This document shows, piece by piece, positions 38,286-48,924 of a stretch of 64,000 bases of DNA. The stretch's first letter is position 1; each line of letters begins with the position of its first letter. Position numbers and translations under genes: made by a program. This DNA is from an uncultured archaeon (lineage in GTDB: Archaea; Altiarchaeota; Altiarchaeia; IMC4; QMZM01). The stretch covers positions 32,344 through 96,343 of the forward strand of contig CAZJVE010000003.1 in assembly GCA_964549685.1 (NCBI GenBank), written 5' to 3'. The notes beneath the pieces were generated by a model. It was not told the DNA's origin. It worked only from the letters and a program-made list of their open reading frames with translations, and did no database searches.

Positions 38286-38299
38286 AAAAAAGGGTTTTT

Positions 38300-40495
38300 T
38301 CAGCGCTCCATGAAGCCCTCTGCCTTTGGAATTTCCATGCTGAGGCCCTTCCTTTTTCTGACGTCCATGACTACCTTGCCCTGGAGCTCGCTGGGCAATT
38401 TCTCGAAGCCCGAATTCTCGGTGCTCCAGAGGGCGTGGCCCTCGGTTGCGCTTCTTATATCTCCCGCAAAACCGAAGGATTCACCCACCGGCACCTTTCC
38501 TTCCACGGTCATGAGGTCGTCCTTCTGGTTCATCTGCAGTATTACGCCCCTTCTCTTCTGCAGCTCCTGGGTTACGGAGCCCATGTATTCCTGGGGCGTG
38601 TCTATCCATACCATCTGCATGGGTTCCATCATGCACGGTTCTGACTTGAGCAGGCAGGCATATATGGGATTCTTTACTGCAGGATATATCTGTGCCGGGC
38701 CCCTGTGGATTGCGTCCTCGTGCAGAGTAGCGTCCATCAGCTTTACCTTGACCTTTATCGTCGGCTCCTTCGCCAGGGGACCGTTCTCCATGATGTCCTC
38801 AAATGCGTCGAACATCAGCTCCATGACCTCGTCCAGGTGCTGGACTCCCCTCGTCATGTCAATGAACATATTGCCGCGGTAGATGTTGATTACTCTCTTT
38901 GCTTCCTCGCCGTCCATTCCCAGCTCTACGAGTTCAGCCCTTATGTCCTTGCTCTTGCCCTTTCTCCTGCCTTCTTCGATGTCGCCCTCGACTATTGCCT
39001 CGTATACTGAGTCTTCGAGGGGCTCCACCATGAGTTGGAACTTGTTGTGCTTGTTGGGGGACTTGCCCTCGATGGGACCAAATTTCCCGGAGATTGTCTC
39101 CCTGTAAACGACTATCGGCGGGGATGCGTTTATCTCAAGGCCGTCGGCCTTTATCCTGTTTACTATGACATCGAGATGGAGCTCGCCCATTCCCGAAAGG
39201 AGGTTCTCGCCTGTTTCCTCGTCAATCTGAACTCGCAATGCGGGGTCTTCCTTGGCTGTTTGTCTTAGAACCTCAACGACCTTTGGTAAATCCTTCATGC
39301 TCTTGGCCTCTATTGCCATGGTAACTACTGGCTCGGAGGTGTGAATCATGGCCTCGAAGGGCTTTATATCCTCAACGGAGACCGTTTCTCCGGCAAATGC
39401 CTTTTTAAGGCCAGTTATCCCGACGATGTTGCCTGCGGAAACAGCATCGGTATTCAGCCTGCTTGCGCCCATGTAGACGCTCACCTGCTGCACTCTCTCG
39501 GTGGATTTTGCCCCGACCAGGTAGACGTCCTGCCCCTGCTTAACAGTGCCTGAGAAGAGCCTGCCCGTAGCAACCTCGCCCTCCCTCTTGTCAAAGACGG
39601 ATATGTTGGTTATCATCATGGCCAGCTTTCCATTGGCGTCGCTGTTAATCATCGACTTGCCCATATCGCTCTCCAGGTCCCCCTTCCATATCTTGGGGAT
39701 TCTGAATCTCTGCGCCTCCAGCGGATTCGGTAGGTGCTTTACAGCAATGTTGAGAAGAATCTCGTGGGCCGGGGCCTTTTCAGAGAGCTCCCTCTGCCTT
39801 TCTTCATTGCAGTGGTCGATGATGTCCTTGAATGTGATGTTGCTCTGCTTCATATAGGGGACTGAAATTGCCCAGTTATGATAGGCAGAGCCAAAGGCAA
39901 CGCTTCCTCCGTCAACGCTTACGGCCCAGTCGACTCCTTCAGGCTGCCTCTGCTTTATTATCTTGTTGACCTCAGTTATGATTTTAACGAATCTCTTCTG
40001 CAGCTCCTCTGGAGTAAGCTTCAATTCGTTGATGAGGCGGTCGACCTTGTTTATGAACAATGTGGGCTTAACCCCCTCCTTGAGGGCCTGGCTGACTACG
40101 GTCTTCGTCTGGGGCATTACTCCCTCCACCGCACATGCCACTACTATTACTCCGTCAACTGCTCTCATTGCCCGGGTAACGTCTCCGCCAAAGTCAACGT
40201 GGCCGGGGGTGTCAATCATGTTTATGAGATATTTCCTGTCCTCGTAGGGGTGAACCATGGATACGTTGGCTGCGTTTATGGTAATGCCTCTCTCCCTCTC
40301 ATCGTCGTGGAAGTCCAGAGCAAGCTGCTTGCCAGCCATCTCCTTGGATATCATCCCTGCATTGCACAGGAGATTGTCCGAAAGGGTCGTCTTTCCGTGG
40401 TCTATATGAGCGACAATACCCATGTTCCGAATCTGCTCGGGCTTGCCAATCAGCTCCGTTATTTCCCGCATAATCTTATCTTCTCTAGCACCCAT
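38300..40495 (-). CDS. fusA: Elongation factor 2
   Basis: [28 protein letters not shown], diphthamide loop [11 protein letters not shown]. Confidence 0.98.
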   Translation of the reverse strand: MGAREDKIMREITELIGKPEQIRNMGIVAHIDHGKTTLSDNLLCNAGMISKEMAGKQLALDFHDDERERGITINAANVSMVHPYEDRKYLINMIDTPGHVDFGGDVTRAMRAVDGVIVVACAVEGVMPQTKTVVSQALKEGVKPTLFINKVDRLINELKLTPEELQKRFVKIITEVNKIIKQRQPEGVDWAVSVDGGSVAFGSAYHNWAISVPYMKQSNITFKDIIDHCNEERQRELSEKAPAHEILLNIAVKHLPNPLEAQRFRIPKIWKGDLESDMGKSMINSDANGKLAMMITNISVFDKREGEVATGRLFSGTVKQGQDVYLVGAKSTERVQQVSVYMGASRLNTDAVSAGNIVGITGLKKAFAGETVSVEDIKPFEAMIHTSEPVVTMAIEAKSMKDLPKVVEVLRQTAKEDPALRVQIDEETGENLLSGMGELHLDVIVNRIKADGLEINASPPIVVYRETISGKFGPIEGKSPNKHNKFQLMVEPLEDSVYEAIVEGDIEEGRRKGKSKDIRAELVELGMDGEEAKRVINIYRGNMFIDMTRGVQHLDEVMELMFDAFEDIMENGPLAKEPTIKVKVKLMDATLHEDAIHRGPAQIYPAVKNPIYACLLKSEPCMMEPMQMVWIDTPQEYMGSVTQELQKRRGVILQMNQKDDLMTVEGKVPVGESFGFAGDIRSATEGHALWSTENSGFEKLPSELQGKVVMDVRKRKGLSMEIPKAEGFMER

Positions 40496-40497
40496 TT

Positions 40498-41109
40498 TTA
40501 TCTTGAAGACTTTGCAATCCTCTCTGTTTCCTCCTTGCGCTGGATTGCATAGCTCTTTGTATCAGAATTCGCGGCCCAGATTATCTCATTGGCCAGGCAG
40601 TCCTCAACGGAATTCTTTGAATTAAAGGCTGTTGAGAAAGCGCCCAGGGATATGTACTTGAGAGCGAAGTCGACCCTTCTTTGCGAGGAAACATCAACGG
40701 CTTTGTGATAGCGGATTCCGCCGTATATTATGGTGGTGGTTTCTTCACTGGGCCCTGCATTTATGACGGCATTTACCAGTACCTGTACTGGATTCTGCTT
40801 TGTCCTCTTCTCTATGATTGCAAAAGCGTCCCTGACGATGTTTATCGCGTTCTGCTTCTTCCCTGTATTCCCGCCTCCCCGTATATAGCGGCCGGCTACC
40901 TTCTTTGTTCCCTGACCGGAGCGCATCATCTTGTTTGCCAAACGCTCAACGATATTCATCTTGCTCTTTGCGAACTGCTTGCCGGTCCTTCTTCCTGCCG
41001 TGTGTGGAATGTATACGGGCTCAAGGCATATGTATCTCTTCAGGCCCTCATCCTTCACATCGACCTTGAAGTCCCACTTCCCGAATAGCTTCTTTGTGTC
41101 TATGTCCAT
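40498..41109 (-). CDS. rps7: 30S ribosomal protein uS7
   Basis: [39 protein letters not shown]. Confidence 0.96.
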   Translation of the reverse strand: MDIDTKKLFGKWDFKVDVKDEGLKRYICLEPVYIPHTAGRRTGKQFAKSKMNIVERLANKMMRSGQGTKKVAGRYIRGGGNTGKKQNAINIVRDAFAIIEKRTKQNPVQVLVNAVINAGPSEETTTIIYGGIRYHKAVDVSSQRRVDFALKYISLGAFSTAFNSKNSVEDCLANEIIWAANSDTKSYAIQRKEETERIAKSSR

Positions 41110-41111
41110 CT

Positions 41112-41264
41112 CTAACTGTATTTTTTGAATCCTATGTTATTCGCATTCTCCCTGAAGCACCTCCTGCAGATGTTCAGACCGTATTTGTGGATAATGCCAT
41201 CGTGGGCGCCGCATACCGAGCATACCAACTTCCTTGCGTCTATCTTTTCGTTCTTCTTAAACAT
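41112..41264 (-). CDS. rps14: 30S ribosomal protein uS14 (Zn-binding type), not in the ORF track
   Basis: Manual translation [50 protein letters not shown]. Confidence 0.95.
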   Translation of the reverse strand: MFKKNEKIDARKLVCSVCGAHDGIIHKYGLNICRRCFRENANNIGFKKYS

Positions 41265-41265
41265 T

Positions 41266-41787
41266 TTACTCCTCTGATATCTGAACCCCGAATTTTTCGC
41301 GCATGAATTCGATGGATTCCTCCCTCTTTATCAGGCTCTTGGCCGGAATCCTCGACTTTTTGAATCTCCTCCTCTTTACCCTGAAGCCTGGCCTCTCCAT
41401 CCTTACCGAGATGTTCATCCCAAATACACCGATGTCAGGGTCATATCTTGTTCCAGGCAAATCGATATACTCGGTAATTCCGAATGATATGTTTCCGTTG
41501 TTGTCAAAGCAGGACTCCTTGATGCTGTTCTCCTTGGCCTGGAATCCCTTCTTCAGGAATTCCTCCGCCTTTTCTCCCCTCATGGTCACCTTGCAGCCTA
41601 TTGGGTCTCCTTTCTTGAGGTTCCAGGAGGGAATCTTGTGCCTCGATACGGTCCTGACTGGCTTGCACTCCGTCAGCTCCTCCAGGAGCTTCTCTGCCTT
41701 TACAAGCTTCTCTCCCGAGTCTCCCACACCTATATTCACGACGATTTTCTCTATTCTCGGTTTCCTCATGGAGTTGGGGTATTCCAT
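41266..41787 (-). CDS. rpl5: 50S ribosomal protein uL5
   Basis: [35 protein letters not shown]. Confidence 0.96.
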   Translation of the reverse strand: MEYPNSMRKPRIEKIVVNIGVGDSGEKLVKAEKLLEELTECKPVRTVSRHKIPSWNLKKGDPIGCKVTMRGEKAEEFLKKGFQAKENSIKESCFDNNGNISFGITEYIDLPGTRYDPDIGVFGMNISVRMERPGFRVKRRRFKKSRIPAKSLIKREESIEFMREKFGVQISEE

Positions 41788-41788
41788 C

Positions 41789-42454
41789 TTAGATAGATAT
41801 TGAGGGCTTGTCCTTGCCTATAACGAAAAGGTATCTTGTGAGTGTCTGAAGCTCTCCGACCTTGGTTAGCGAGTCTCTCTTCATGGTTCCTGGAAGTATC
41901 TCGCCAATCTTCCCGGCCTCTCCTGAATGCCTGCCATGCACAACCATGGCAGTATTCCCCTCCTTGAATTCTATCGAGTCCTTTACCTTCCCTGTCTTTA
42001 TGTCAATCACCAGGGTGTCCTTTCGCTTGTATTCGTTCTTATCGAGCAGGATATTGGTTCCGTCATGGAGGTTCAGCTGTATCTTGCCCTTTGGCATGGT
42101 TGATTTGCTGACTATCTTGCACAGCCTTGTTCCTGCCTCCTTGTCGTCAATCCCCTTTGGATAGAGGCCCTTCTTGCTCGGAAGAATCCTGAAGGATTTT
42201 TTGAGTGTCGGTATCTCGATTATATCCATAAGTCCGACAGCGTATTTTGGTTCCCTTCTTGCCTTTCCATTAACGATGATATGGCCGTCCCTTATTGCCC
42301 TCCTGGCCTCTCTTGCGGTGTCAGCATGGCCAAGGACATCCCTTAATAGCGTAATCAGGGGTATGCTCCCCTCCTTTGAATGCGCTCCTGGGTTGGGTAC
42401 GGTTATGAATATCGGGTGCTTTCCCTGGCCGGATGCAATTCTCTTTTGGTGCAT
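41789..42454 (-). CDS. rps4e: 30S ribosomal protein eS4
   Basis: PGAHS...IPL...LRD, VGLMD, QLNLHDG; operon position. Confidence 0.93.
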   Translation of the reverse strand: MHQKRIASGQGKHPIFITVPNPGAHSKEGSIPLITLLRDVLGHADTAREARRAIRDGHIIVNGKARREPKYAVGLMDIIEIPTLKKSFRILPSKKGLYPKGIDDKEAGTRLCKIVSKSTMPKGKIQLNLHDGTNILLDKNEYKRKDTLVIDIKTGKVKDSIEFKEGNTAMVVHGRHSGEAGKIGEILPGTMKRDSLTKVGELQTLTRYLFVIGKDKPSISI

Positions 42455-42455
42455 T

Positions 42456-42827
42456 TTATTTTATGTTCCTCTCAAGGAGGTCCATCCTCTCCTTGTCGTC
42501 CATATAAAGGTCGGTTATCATGACATTCGATGGGTCTATCGCCTTCTCAACGTCTGTGCCGTCTGCCTTCTTTATCGTTATACCATCGACGTAGATTTTG
42601 TAGTCCTTGAGGCTTACTCTCGTTATCTCCCCCACATTGTCCTTGAAGTCCCCCCTCATTACCCTCACCTTGTCGCCCTTCCTGACGTTGAGGGTCCTTC
42701 TCTTGTACTTCTGTCCAAGTTCCTTGCTTAAAGGAGAGGAAAGCATCTTCTGCCTCCTGTGCAATGGAGCAACTGCCTTCCATTTCCTCTGCTTTCCTGG
42801 CTTCTTGGAACTTGGATGCGTTTTCAT
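42456..42827 (-). CDS. rpl24: 50S ribosomal protein uL24
   Basis: KQRK...APLH, RKGDKVRVMRG, PSNVMI. Confidence 0.95.
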   Translation of the reverse strand: MKTHPSSKKPGKQRKWKAVAPLHRRQKMLSSPLSKELGQKYKRRTLNVRKGDKVRVMRGDFKDNVGEITRVSLKDYKIYVDGITIKKADGTDVEKAIDPSNVMITDLYMDDKERMDLLERNIK

Positions 42828-42828
42828 C

Positions 42829-43266
42829 TTAAATTACAATGCTTGCTATCGAGCCGATTTTGTTCCACTTCTCGGTGGCTTCTCTTGCAATGGCCCCCTT
42901 TATCTCGGTGCCTTTCGGAAGTCCGTCATCATTCACAAGAACAGCAGCATTGTCCTCGAATTTTATCTTCGAGCCGTTGAATCTTGTGTACTCCTTCCTC
43001 TGCCTCACTATGACTGCAAGGGATGTTTGATGCCTGAGCTCCGGCTTGCCCTTCTTTATTGAAACGGTGACCAAATCGCCAATCCCTGCCTTTGGAAGCC
43101 TCCTCCTCACCCCCTTGTATGCCCTCACTGAGATTATCTCCACCTCCTTGGCTCCCGTGTTGTCTGCACAGGTCAGCTTCGAACCTGTAACTAATGATTT
43201 TGTTATTTTTGCCGTAACCGCCTTCCCCAGCGGCAGGTTCTTCATTACTCCCAGTGGTTTTGCCAT
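42829..43266 (-). CDS. rpl14: 50S ribosomal protein uL14
   Basis: CADNTGAK, AVIVRQRK, FEDNAAV. Confidence 0.96.
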   Translation of the reverse strand: MAKPLGVMKNLPLGKAVTAKITKSLVTGSKLTCADNTGAKEVEIISVRAYKGVRRRLPKAGIGDLVTVSIKKGKPELRHQTSLAVIVRQRKEYTRFNGSKIKFEDNAAVLVNDDGLPKGTEIKGAIAREATEKWNKIGSIASIVI

Positions 43267-43267
43267 T

Positions 43268-43594
43268 CTAATCCAATTTCTCGGTAACGACGAAACTAAC
43301 GGTCTTGCTCAGTTTCCTGCATTCCCTTATCCTGACCCTGTCCCCGGCCTTTGCATCAATGCATGGGGGGTTGTGGGCAGCAATCCTCGACTTTGAGGAC
43401 CTGTAACGCTCATACTTGTTCAGCCTTATCTTGTAATCACTCTGCACAATCACCGTCTTGTCCATCTTGTCCGAGGCCACGGCTCCCTCGAGAACCGCCC
43501 CTCTCGTCGATAGAGAGCCATGAATGGGACAATTCATGTCATTGCATCCCTTTGCCTCCTTCTTGGCAGCCTTCTTCTTTGGTTTCTCTTCCAT
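43268..43594 (-). CDS. rps17: 30S ribosomal protein uS17
   Basis: CPIHG, KMDKT, KYERY, AHNPPC, ECRKLSKT. Confidence 0.95.
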   Translation of the reverse strand: MEEKPKKKAAKKEAKGCNDMNCPIHGSLSTRGAVLEGAVASDKMDKTVIVQSDYKIRLNKYERYRSSKSRIAAHNPPCIDAKAGDRVRIRECRKLSKTVSFVVTEKLD

Positions 43595-43640
43595 TCTTCA
43601 AGCAAATGATATTTTGATGAGTAACGATACAAGAAGAAAA

Positions 43641-43925
43641 TTACGCGAATTTTATCCTGTATTTCTTCTTCACCCGGTCCTCTGGTCTTGCGACTATCAG
43701 CCTTCCATCAAGCCTGACTTTCTCACCACCAGGAAGCCTCAATTCCAGCGTTATGCAATCCTTGGGGAGCTTTCTGACCTTTTTGTCGCGTCCCTGTATT
43801 TCCAGCGTATTCCTTGTCTCCCTGATTATGGTTCCGTTACACTTGTAGCCAGGATGCGCCGAATCCACTATTTTTGCTTCCAGGCCGATTAGCTCGTGCT
43901 GCAATATGTTGTAAGGGGTGATCAT
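43641..43925 (-). CDS. rnp1: Ribonuclease P protein component 1 (aRpp29)
   Basis: HELIGL...G.II.ETRNT...RPEDR; canonical operon position. Confidence 0.92.
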   Translation of the reverse strand: MITPYNILQHELIGLEAKIVDSAHPGYKCNGTIIRETRNTLEIQGRDKKVRKLPKDCITLELRLPGGEKVRLDGRLIVARPEDRVKKKYRIKFA

Positions 43926-43927
43926 GT

Positions 43928-44224
43928 CTATCCTATATCAATCATGTCCTCGGAGAAGCCCATGCTTACGAGAACATTCTTCATCTTGGTAAGATGGTTT
44001 CCCTGTAGCTCAATCGTATTGCCCTTGGATGTCCCGCCGCACGCCATTTTTGTCTTAAGTTCCTTGGCAATCTTGTGGACATCCACGTTGTCCAGGCCGT
44101 CAATGATTGTCACGGGTTTGCCGTATTTTCTCCTGTCATTGCGAACTCTGATGCGCTGACCCTCCTTGGTCATTTCGTCGCAGACACACAACTCCTCGGG
44201 AAGCCCACACCTAGGACAATTCAT
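43928..44224 (-). CDS. Translation initiation factor aIF1 (SUI1)
   Basis: CPRCGLPEELC, YGKPVTII, LKTKMACGGT, IELQG. Confidence 0.93.
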   Translation of the reverse strand: MNCPRCGLPEELCVCDEMTKEGQRIRVRNDRRKYGKPVTIIDGLDNVDVHKIAKELKTKMACGGTSKGNTIELQGNHLTKMKNVLVSMGFSEDMIDIG

Positions 44225-44432
44225 TTCGTTTTTCTTTTGAATCTTCGTTTTTTATCGTTAGTATTCTGGCTATGGTGCGTTTTATCTCCCTTGCCTTTCC
44301 TATGTCTTCCGGAATTCCGCCGGACGATAAAACGCCCTTAATCTTCATGTACTCGAGCCTCAGCTCAGAGAGATGCTTGTCCAGTTCCTCGTCGTTCATC
44401 CCCCTTAACTCCTCCGCCCTTAGTATTGCCAT
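44211..44432 (-). CDS. rpl29: 50S ribosomal protein uL29
   Basis: MAILRAEELR...IKRTIARILT. Confidence 0.93.
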   Translation of the reverse strand: MAILRAEELRGMNDEELDKHLSELRLEYMKIKGVLSSGGIPEDIGKAREIKRTIARILTIKNEDSKEKRNELS

Positions 44433-44472
44433 GCTATGAAGTATAATATATATGATTGTTATTATTAAAAAT

Positions 44473-45234
44473 CTACTTGGCCTTGGCCTTTTCTGACTTT
44501 TTCTTTTTCTCGGCCCTTGGTTTTTTTGTTTCCTTTTTCCTGGCCTTCTTCTTTTTCTCTTCCTTGGCCTCGCTCTCCCTGGCTTCCTTCTCCTTCAGGG
44601 CCTCGGCCTCCTTTGCCTTCTCCTCCTTTCGGGCGGCCTTGGATATGACCTCTATCTGATCTGGAAATATAACATCTGGGCGGACTATCTTCACGGTCAC
44701 TCCAATAACGCCTGCCTTCAGATATGCCTGAGTAGCGCCATTATCAACCAACTTTGAGGAATCACCGGCCTTCTTCATATACCCTTCGAGGTACTTTTCA
44801 GTTCTGGACCTTCCCCCCTTCCCGACCAGTTTGCCACGGAGGGTTATCTCAATGCCCCTGGCCCCGCAGCCCATGACTGCCCTCAGGGCCTTATAGATTA
44901 CCCTTCTCCGGTTCATTCCCCTCTCCAGTGCGACTGCAATCCTCCTTGCGACTATGTTCGCATCGAGAGTAGGTACTTCAATCTTCTGGACATCTATGGC
45001 GGGATTGTCGACCCCATACTTCTCCTGAAGCACCCTTGTGAGTCTGTTTATCCTCTTGCCCTTCTTACCTATGACAAGGGGGGGTTTCTCAACATAGAGA
45101 ATCACCCTTGTTGCAAGAGGGGTCTTCTGTATGTTTATCCCTGAATAGCCTGACCTGTTCAATTCGCTCTTTAGGTAGTTCTCTATTTCTGAGCGGATTA
45201 TTCCCTCCTGAATGAAATGCTTTTCCATCGCCAT
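44473..45234 (-). CDS. rps3: 30S ribosomal protein uS3 (Lys/Glu-rich tail)
   Basis: KH domain VIGKKG; GARGIEI..GK; GVIGVTVKI. Confidence 0.95.
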   Translation of the reverse strand: MAMEKHFIQEGIIRSEIENYLKSELNRSGYSGINIQKTPLATRVILYVEKPPLVIGKKGKRINRLTRVLQEKYGVDNPAIDVQKIEVPTLDANIVARRIAVALERGMNRRRVIYKALRAVMGCGARGIEITLRGKLVGKGGRSRTEKYLEGYMKKAGDSSKLVDNGATQAYLKAGVIGVTVKIVRPDVIFPDQIEVISKAARKEEKAKEAEALKEKEARESEAKEEKKKKARKKETKKPRAEKKKKSEKAKAK

Positions 45235-45235
45235 C

Positions 45236-45688
45236 TTACTTTTCCTTTGCTATTGCCTGTATATGGACAAGCTCCGTTCTCCAGAGCTTCCATCTACCCT
45301 TGGGCTTTATCCTCCTTCTTCTGGCTCCCTTGTGCGCCTCTATATGAGTCAGCTTTAGTTTCTCCGTATCCAGGCCCTTGTAGTCTGCATTGGCCTCGAC
45401 GTTCCTCAGGACCTTGAGAATCTCGGAGGCCGCCTTCTTTGGGTATTTTGCAATGGTCTCCTTGCCATCGCCCTTCCTGTGGCCAACGCCCGTCCTGAAC
45501 CTCTTGAATGGAATTGGCCTCTCCTTTGAGATTACCGACTCCAGGAGATTTATGGCCTTGGACAGCTCCATGCTCCTTATCCTGTCACAGACCGTTACCG
45601 AGTGCTTGAATGACATATTAAGGCCAACGCCCATGCCCTTCGCAAGCTTGCTCTCGTCCTCCAGCTTTTGTGAATATTTGAGTTCCAT
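45236..45688 (-). CDS. rpl22: 50S ribosomal protein uL22
   Basis: SFKHS, VGHRKG, YPKKA, NADYKGLD. Confidence 0.94.
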   Translation of the reverse strand: MELKYSQKLEDESKLAKGMGVGLNMSFKHSVTVCDRIRSMELSKAINLLESVISKERPIPFKRFRTGVGHRKGDGKETIAKYPKKAASEILKVLRNVEANADYKGLDTEKLKLTHIEAHKGARRRRIKPKGRWKLWRTELVHIQAIAKEK

Positions 45689-45692
45689 TCTA

Positions 45693-46100
45693 CTATTTTA
45701 TTGGTACGAATAATGAGGAGCGGGTTGCTCCAACGCCCGGGGCTGAGTGCTTGACCGGCTTCCTTGTTGGGGAATATTCTCCAAGGTACTGGCCAATCAT
45801 CTCCGTTTTAATCTCAACCCGGGTAAATTCCTTCCCGTTATAAATCTCAAAGTCGAGGCCCACCATCTCCGGGAGTATGGGCGTGTCCCTGCAGTGTGTC
45901 TTTACGGCCTCCTTCTTCCCTTCCTTCAGGGCCTCCTGTGCCTTCTTTACCTTCTTCAGAAGCTTCTTCTGCTCCTCGTTAAGGCCCCTCGTCAAAGACC
46001 TTCTTGCTCTGGACGGCAGTATCTTTACCAGCTCGTCCATCGACATTGCATTCAGCTCTTCCAGGCTATGGCCCCTGTACTTGAAAACCTTCTTTACCAT
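45693..46100 (-). CDS. rps19: 30S ribosomal protein uS19
   Basis: FKYRG, KTHCRD, ILPEMVG, GATRSS. Confidence 0.95.
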   Translation of the reverse strand: MVKKVFKYRGHSLEELNAMSMDELVKILPSRARRSLTRGLNEEQKKLLKKVKKAQEALKEGKKEAVKTHCRDTPILPEMVGLDFEIYNGKEFTRVEIKTEMIGQYLGEYSPTRKPVKHSAPGVGATRSSLFVPIK

Positions 46101-46822
46101 TATCTTTTCCTCCTGCCCGTCCTTTTAGGAGATATATGTCCCACCTTTGCCCCCGGAGGCGTGTCATGGGTTACCGACGGCCTTGAGTGCGGGTTCCTTC
46201 CGCCTCCGTGTGGATGGTCGACAGCATTCATCGCGTTTCCAGAGGTTCGGGGATATAGTTTATTTCTTGCTTTATGCTTATAAAACGCCTGTCCTGCATG
46301 CACGAGGGGCTTTTCCTTTCTGCCGCCTCCGGCAACCTTGCCTATGGTCGCCCTCGCATTGCTGTTTATCGCTATGGTCTTCTTTGAAGGCATCTGGACA
46401 TAGGTTAGATTTGAGCCCTTCTCATGGGAAACGACATAGGCACTGGTTCCTGAGGCCCTTACCAGTTTTCCTCCGTCGCCGGGTTTCATCTCAAGGTTAT
46501 AGACCTGAGTGCCTTCCTGTATCTTGCCCAGGGGGAGGATATTTCCCTTGCCGGGCTTGGCCTTCTCCCCCAGGTCAATCCAGTCTCCAACCTGGATTCC
46601 CTCCGGAGCTATTATCATAATCCCCTGGAAATTCTCCAGTAGAATTCTCGCGAGTGGGGCAGACCTTCCTGGGTCGTTTATCAGCTCGGTTACCTGTCCC
46701 GAAATCCCCTTGCCGTAGTCCTTGACCGATGGGTATTTTATATCGCCCTTGAACCTGTGCGAAGGGGTCCTGTAACGGGGAGTTCCCCTCCCTCTCCTCT
46801 GCGGTATAAGTCTCTTGCCCAT
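46100..46822 (-). CDS. rpl2: 50S ribosomal protein uL2
   Basis: [28 protein letters not shown]. Confidence 0.96.
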   Translation of the reverse strand: MGKRLIPQRRGRGTPRYRTPSHRFKGDIKYPSVKDYGKGISGQVTELINDPGRSAPLARILLENFQGIMIIAPEGIQVGDWIDLGEKAKPGKGNILPLGKIQEGTQVYNLEMKPGDGGKLVRASGTSAYVVSHEKGSNLTYVQMPSKKTIAINSNARATIGKVAGGGRKEKPLVHAGQAFYKHKARNKLYPRTSGNAMNAVDHPHGGGRNPHSRPSVTHDTPPGAKVGHISPKRTGRRKR

Positions 46823-46824
46823 TT

Positions 46825-47085
46825 TTACAGCACTCCGAACTGTGAAGCAACCTCCTCTGCCGAGAACTTCTCAGAGAGTTTTATATGTGCCTTCTTCTTG
46901 CCGTCCATTGTATTCATGGTGTTCACGTCAAGTATCTCCACATCATACAGAGATTCAACCGCGTCCCTGATGTCCTTCTTTGTCGACTCTTTCGACACTA
47001 TGAATGTGAGCTTGTTTTCCATTTCCCTCAGCATGGTGGCCTTTTCGCCCATCATGGGGTATAAAAGAACCTTATTTGGATCCAT
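46825..47085 (-). CDS. rpl23: 50S ribosomal protein uL23
   Basis: EKA...NKLTFIV...VNT...KKA; operon position. Confidence 0.94.
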   Translation of the reverse strand: MDPNKVLLYPMMGEKATMLREMENKLTFIVSKESTKKDIRDAVESLYDVEILDVNTMNTMDGKKKAHIKLSEKFSAEEVASQFGVL

Positions 47086-47881
47086 TCTCGTTTATCGCCT
47101 TCTCCACGTTGTTAATGGCTCCCTTTGTCCAGAGAGTCAGTCTTCCGGCATGGGTTCCGGGAGCAAGCAGCTCGATGTTCAGTTCATCGACCCTGGCTAT
47201 GTCAACGCCGGGGATGTTCCTTGCCCCTGACTTTATGCCAGAGTCCTCGTTGACAATTATTAGCAGACTCTTCCTTTTCTTGTATTTTCTTCCCCTCATC
47301 TTGCCTCTGCCGGCCCTTATCCTTTTCTCTTCGGCCCTTGCGAGGTCGTCATCAAGCCCAAGGATATCGAGCGTCTTCTTGACCTCCTTGGTTTTGTTCA
47401 GCTTCTCGAACGAATCCTCGACAACGAGGGGGAATTCCTTGACCTTTTCTATCTTGTGGCCCCTTCCTTTTATTAAATCGGAGTCCGCGGTTGCAGCAAT
47501 CGCGGATTTTATTGCAAGAATGTATTCCTTTTTGTTTATCTTCTTTGTGAAATCCTGTCCAACGGGTGGGTGGGACCTTCTGCCGCCGACTGATTGGGGA
47601 ACTCTCCTTACCTTGCCAAGTCCGCCACCCCCTGTCTTCTCTCTCGGAAGTCTTGACTGCCCCCTGTTTATCGTCTGCCTGTACGTGTCTCTCCTTCTTC
47701 CGAAGTAGTCTGCACTGGTTCCCAGGCCGGCTCTCTTCTTTACCGAGTAGTGCTGCCTCTTATTGGCCTCGGCCGATACCACTGCCCTCTGAATCAGGTC
47801 GGGCCTGAATTCTACCTTGAACAACTCGGGTAATTGGATATTTCCTGCCTCCTTACCGTCTAGAGAATAAATCTTTGACAT
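47072..47881 (-). CDS. rpl4: 50S ribosomal protein uL4
   Basis: RPDLIQRA, GGRRSHPP, KINKKE, LAPGTHAGRLT. Confidence 0.95.
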   Translation of the reverse strand: MSKIYSLDGKEAGNIQLPELFKVEFRPDLIQRAVVSAEANKRQHYSVKKRAGLGTSADYFGRRRDTYRQTINRGQSRLPREKTGGGGLGKVRRVPQSVGGRRSHPPVGQDFTKKINKKEYILAIKSAIAATADSDLIKGRGHKIEKVKEFPLVVEDSFEKLNKTKEVKKTLDILGLDDDLARAEEKRIRAGRGKMRGRKYKKRKSLLIIVNEDSGIKSGARNIPGVDIARVDELNIELLAPGTHAGRLTLWTKGAINNVEKAINENGSK

Positions 47882-47882
47882 A

Positions 47883-48872
47883 TTATACTCCCTGTTTTGA
47901 TTCCACGTTAATGTGCTTTATCTCGAGGTTTATCTCCCCCGCCTCACGCCTTGGGTTGTTGATTCTTATCAGCCTTTTAGTGGGACCTGGAACGGAGCCC
48001 TTCACAATGATGTAACTGCCACTGACATTCCCGTACTTGAGAAAGCCGCCCTTGGGAGTCACCTCCTTACCGTCGTTGCCCACCCTTATGATGCCCTTGT
48101 TGAGCTCAGTCCTTGTGTGATAACCCATCTGCCCCGGAAGCGGCTCGGACCACAGCTTATAGGCGGGCTTCCATGCCCCGCCGCTACCCATGTGCCTCCT
48201 GCCCTTGCTCGCCTTCCTCTGCTGTTTCCTGAGCCCGTATCTCTTTATGATGCCCTGGAAGCCCTTTCCCTTGGTTACTGCAGTCACATCAGCCATAGAA
48301 TTCTCCTGCAGAATCTCATCGGCCTTTATCTCCTTGCCAAGGTGCTCCTTTGCGAATTCGAGCTTTTCCTGAATCTGCCCTCCCAGGGCAATCTCCATCA
48401 TGTCCGGAACCTTTTTTGATAATGACGTAAGTCTTGGCTGTGTATGGGCCAGAAGCCTTATGTCCGAGATACTGTCAAGGTTCTTCTCCAATCCCTTTAT
48501 GCCCTTGTCATGGTCCCTCTTCTTCGGGAGCTTGGTCCTCTTATCAAGGTCCTTGCTCAGTTCCTTGGTCCAGACATCGACAGAGGTCTTCTTTCCGCCG
48601 TAGCCGTTCGAATATGCGCGAAAACCAGCAATCACCATCGGGGGGGCGTCTATCACCGTAACCGGAACGAAGATTTCCAGGCCCGCGGTGGGGCTGTTCT
48701 TCCCGTTGTCTTTTGCTATTATGTGGGTCATTCCCACCTTGTAGCCGACAAAACCGAGCGGCTTGGCCTCATCTGAACCGGGCCATGAGCGCTGCCTGGG
48801 CGTCTGCTTCTTCGCCCTCTTTCTCGGTTTATAGGCCAGTGAACCTCTTCTCGGTTTATGGATGCTTGCCAT
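47883..48872 (-). CDS. rpl3: 50S ribosomal protein uL3
   Basis: PRRGSL, GYKVGMTH, TKGKGFQG, GQMGYHTRT, GSVPGP. Confidence 0.96.
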   Translation of the reverse strand: MASIHKPRRGSLAYKPRKRAKKQTPRQRSWPGSDEAKPLGFVGYKVGMTHIIAKDNGKNSPTAGLEIFVPVTVIDAPPMVIAGFRAYSNGYGGKKTSVDVWTKELSKDLDKRTKLPKKRDHDKGIKGLEKNLDSISDIRLLAHTQPRLTSLSKKVPDMMEIALGGQIQEKLEFAKEHLGKEIKADEILQENSMADVTAVTKGKGFQGIIKRYGLRKQQRKASKGRRHMGSGGAWKPAYKLWSEPLPGQMGYHTRTELNKGIIRVGNDGKEVTPKGGFLKYGNVSGSYIIVKGSVPGPTKRLIRINNPRREAGEINLEIKHINVESKQGV

Positions 48873-48924
48873 TTTGTGAAGTAAGTATAAGACATAAGAA
48901 CTGAGATATAAAAATAGGCCCTTG

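Noticed and set aside
38300-40495. Divergent EF-2 paralog lacking the diphthamide site
   Set aside because: The canonical [11 protein letters not shown] motif is present.
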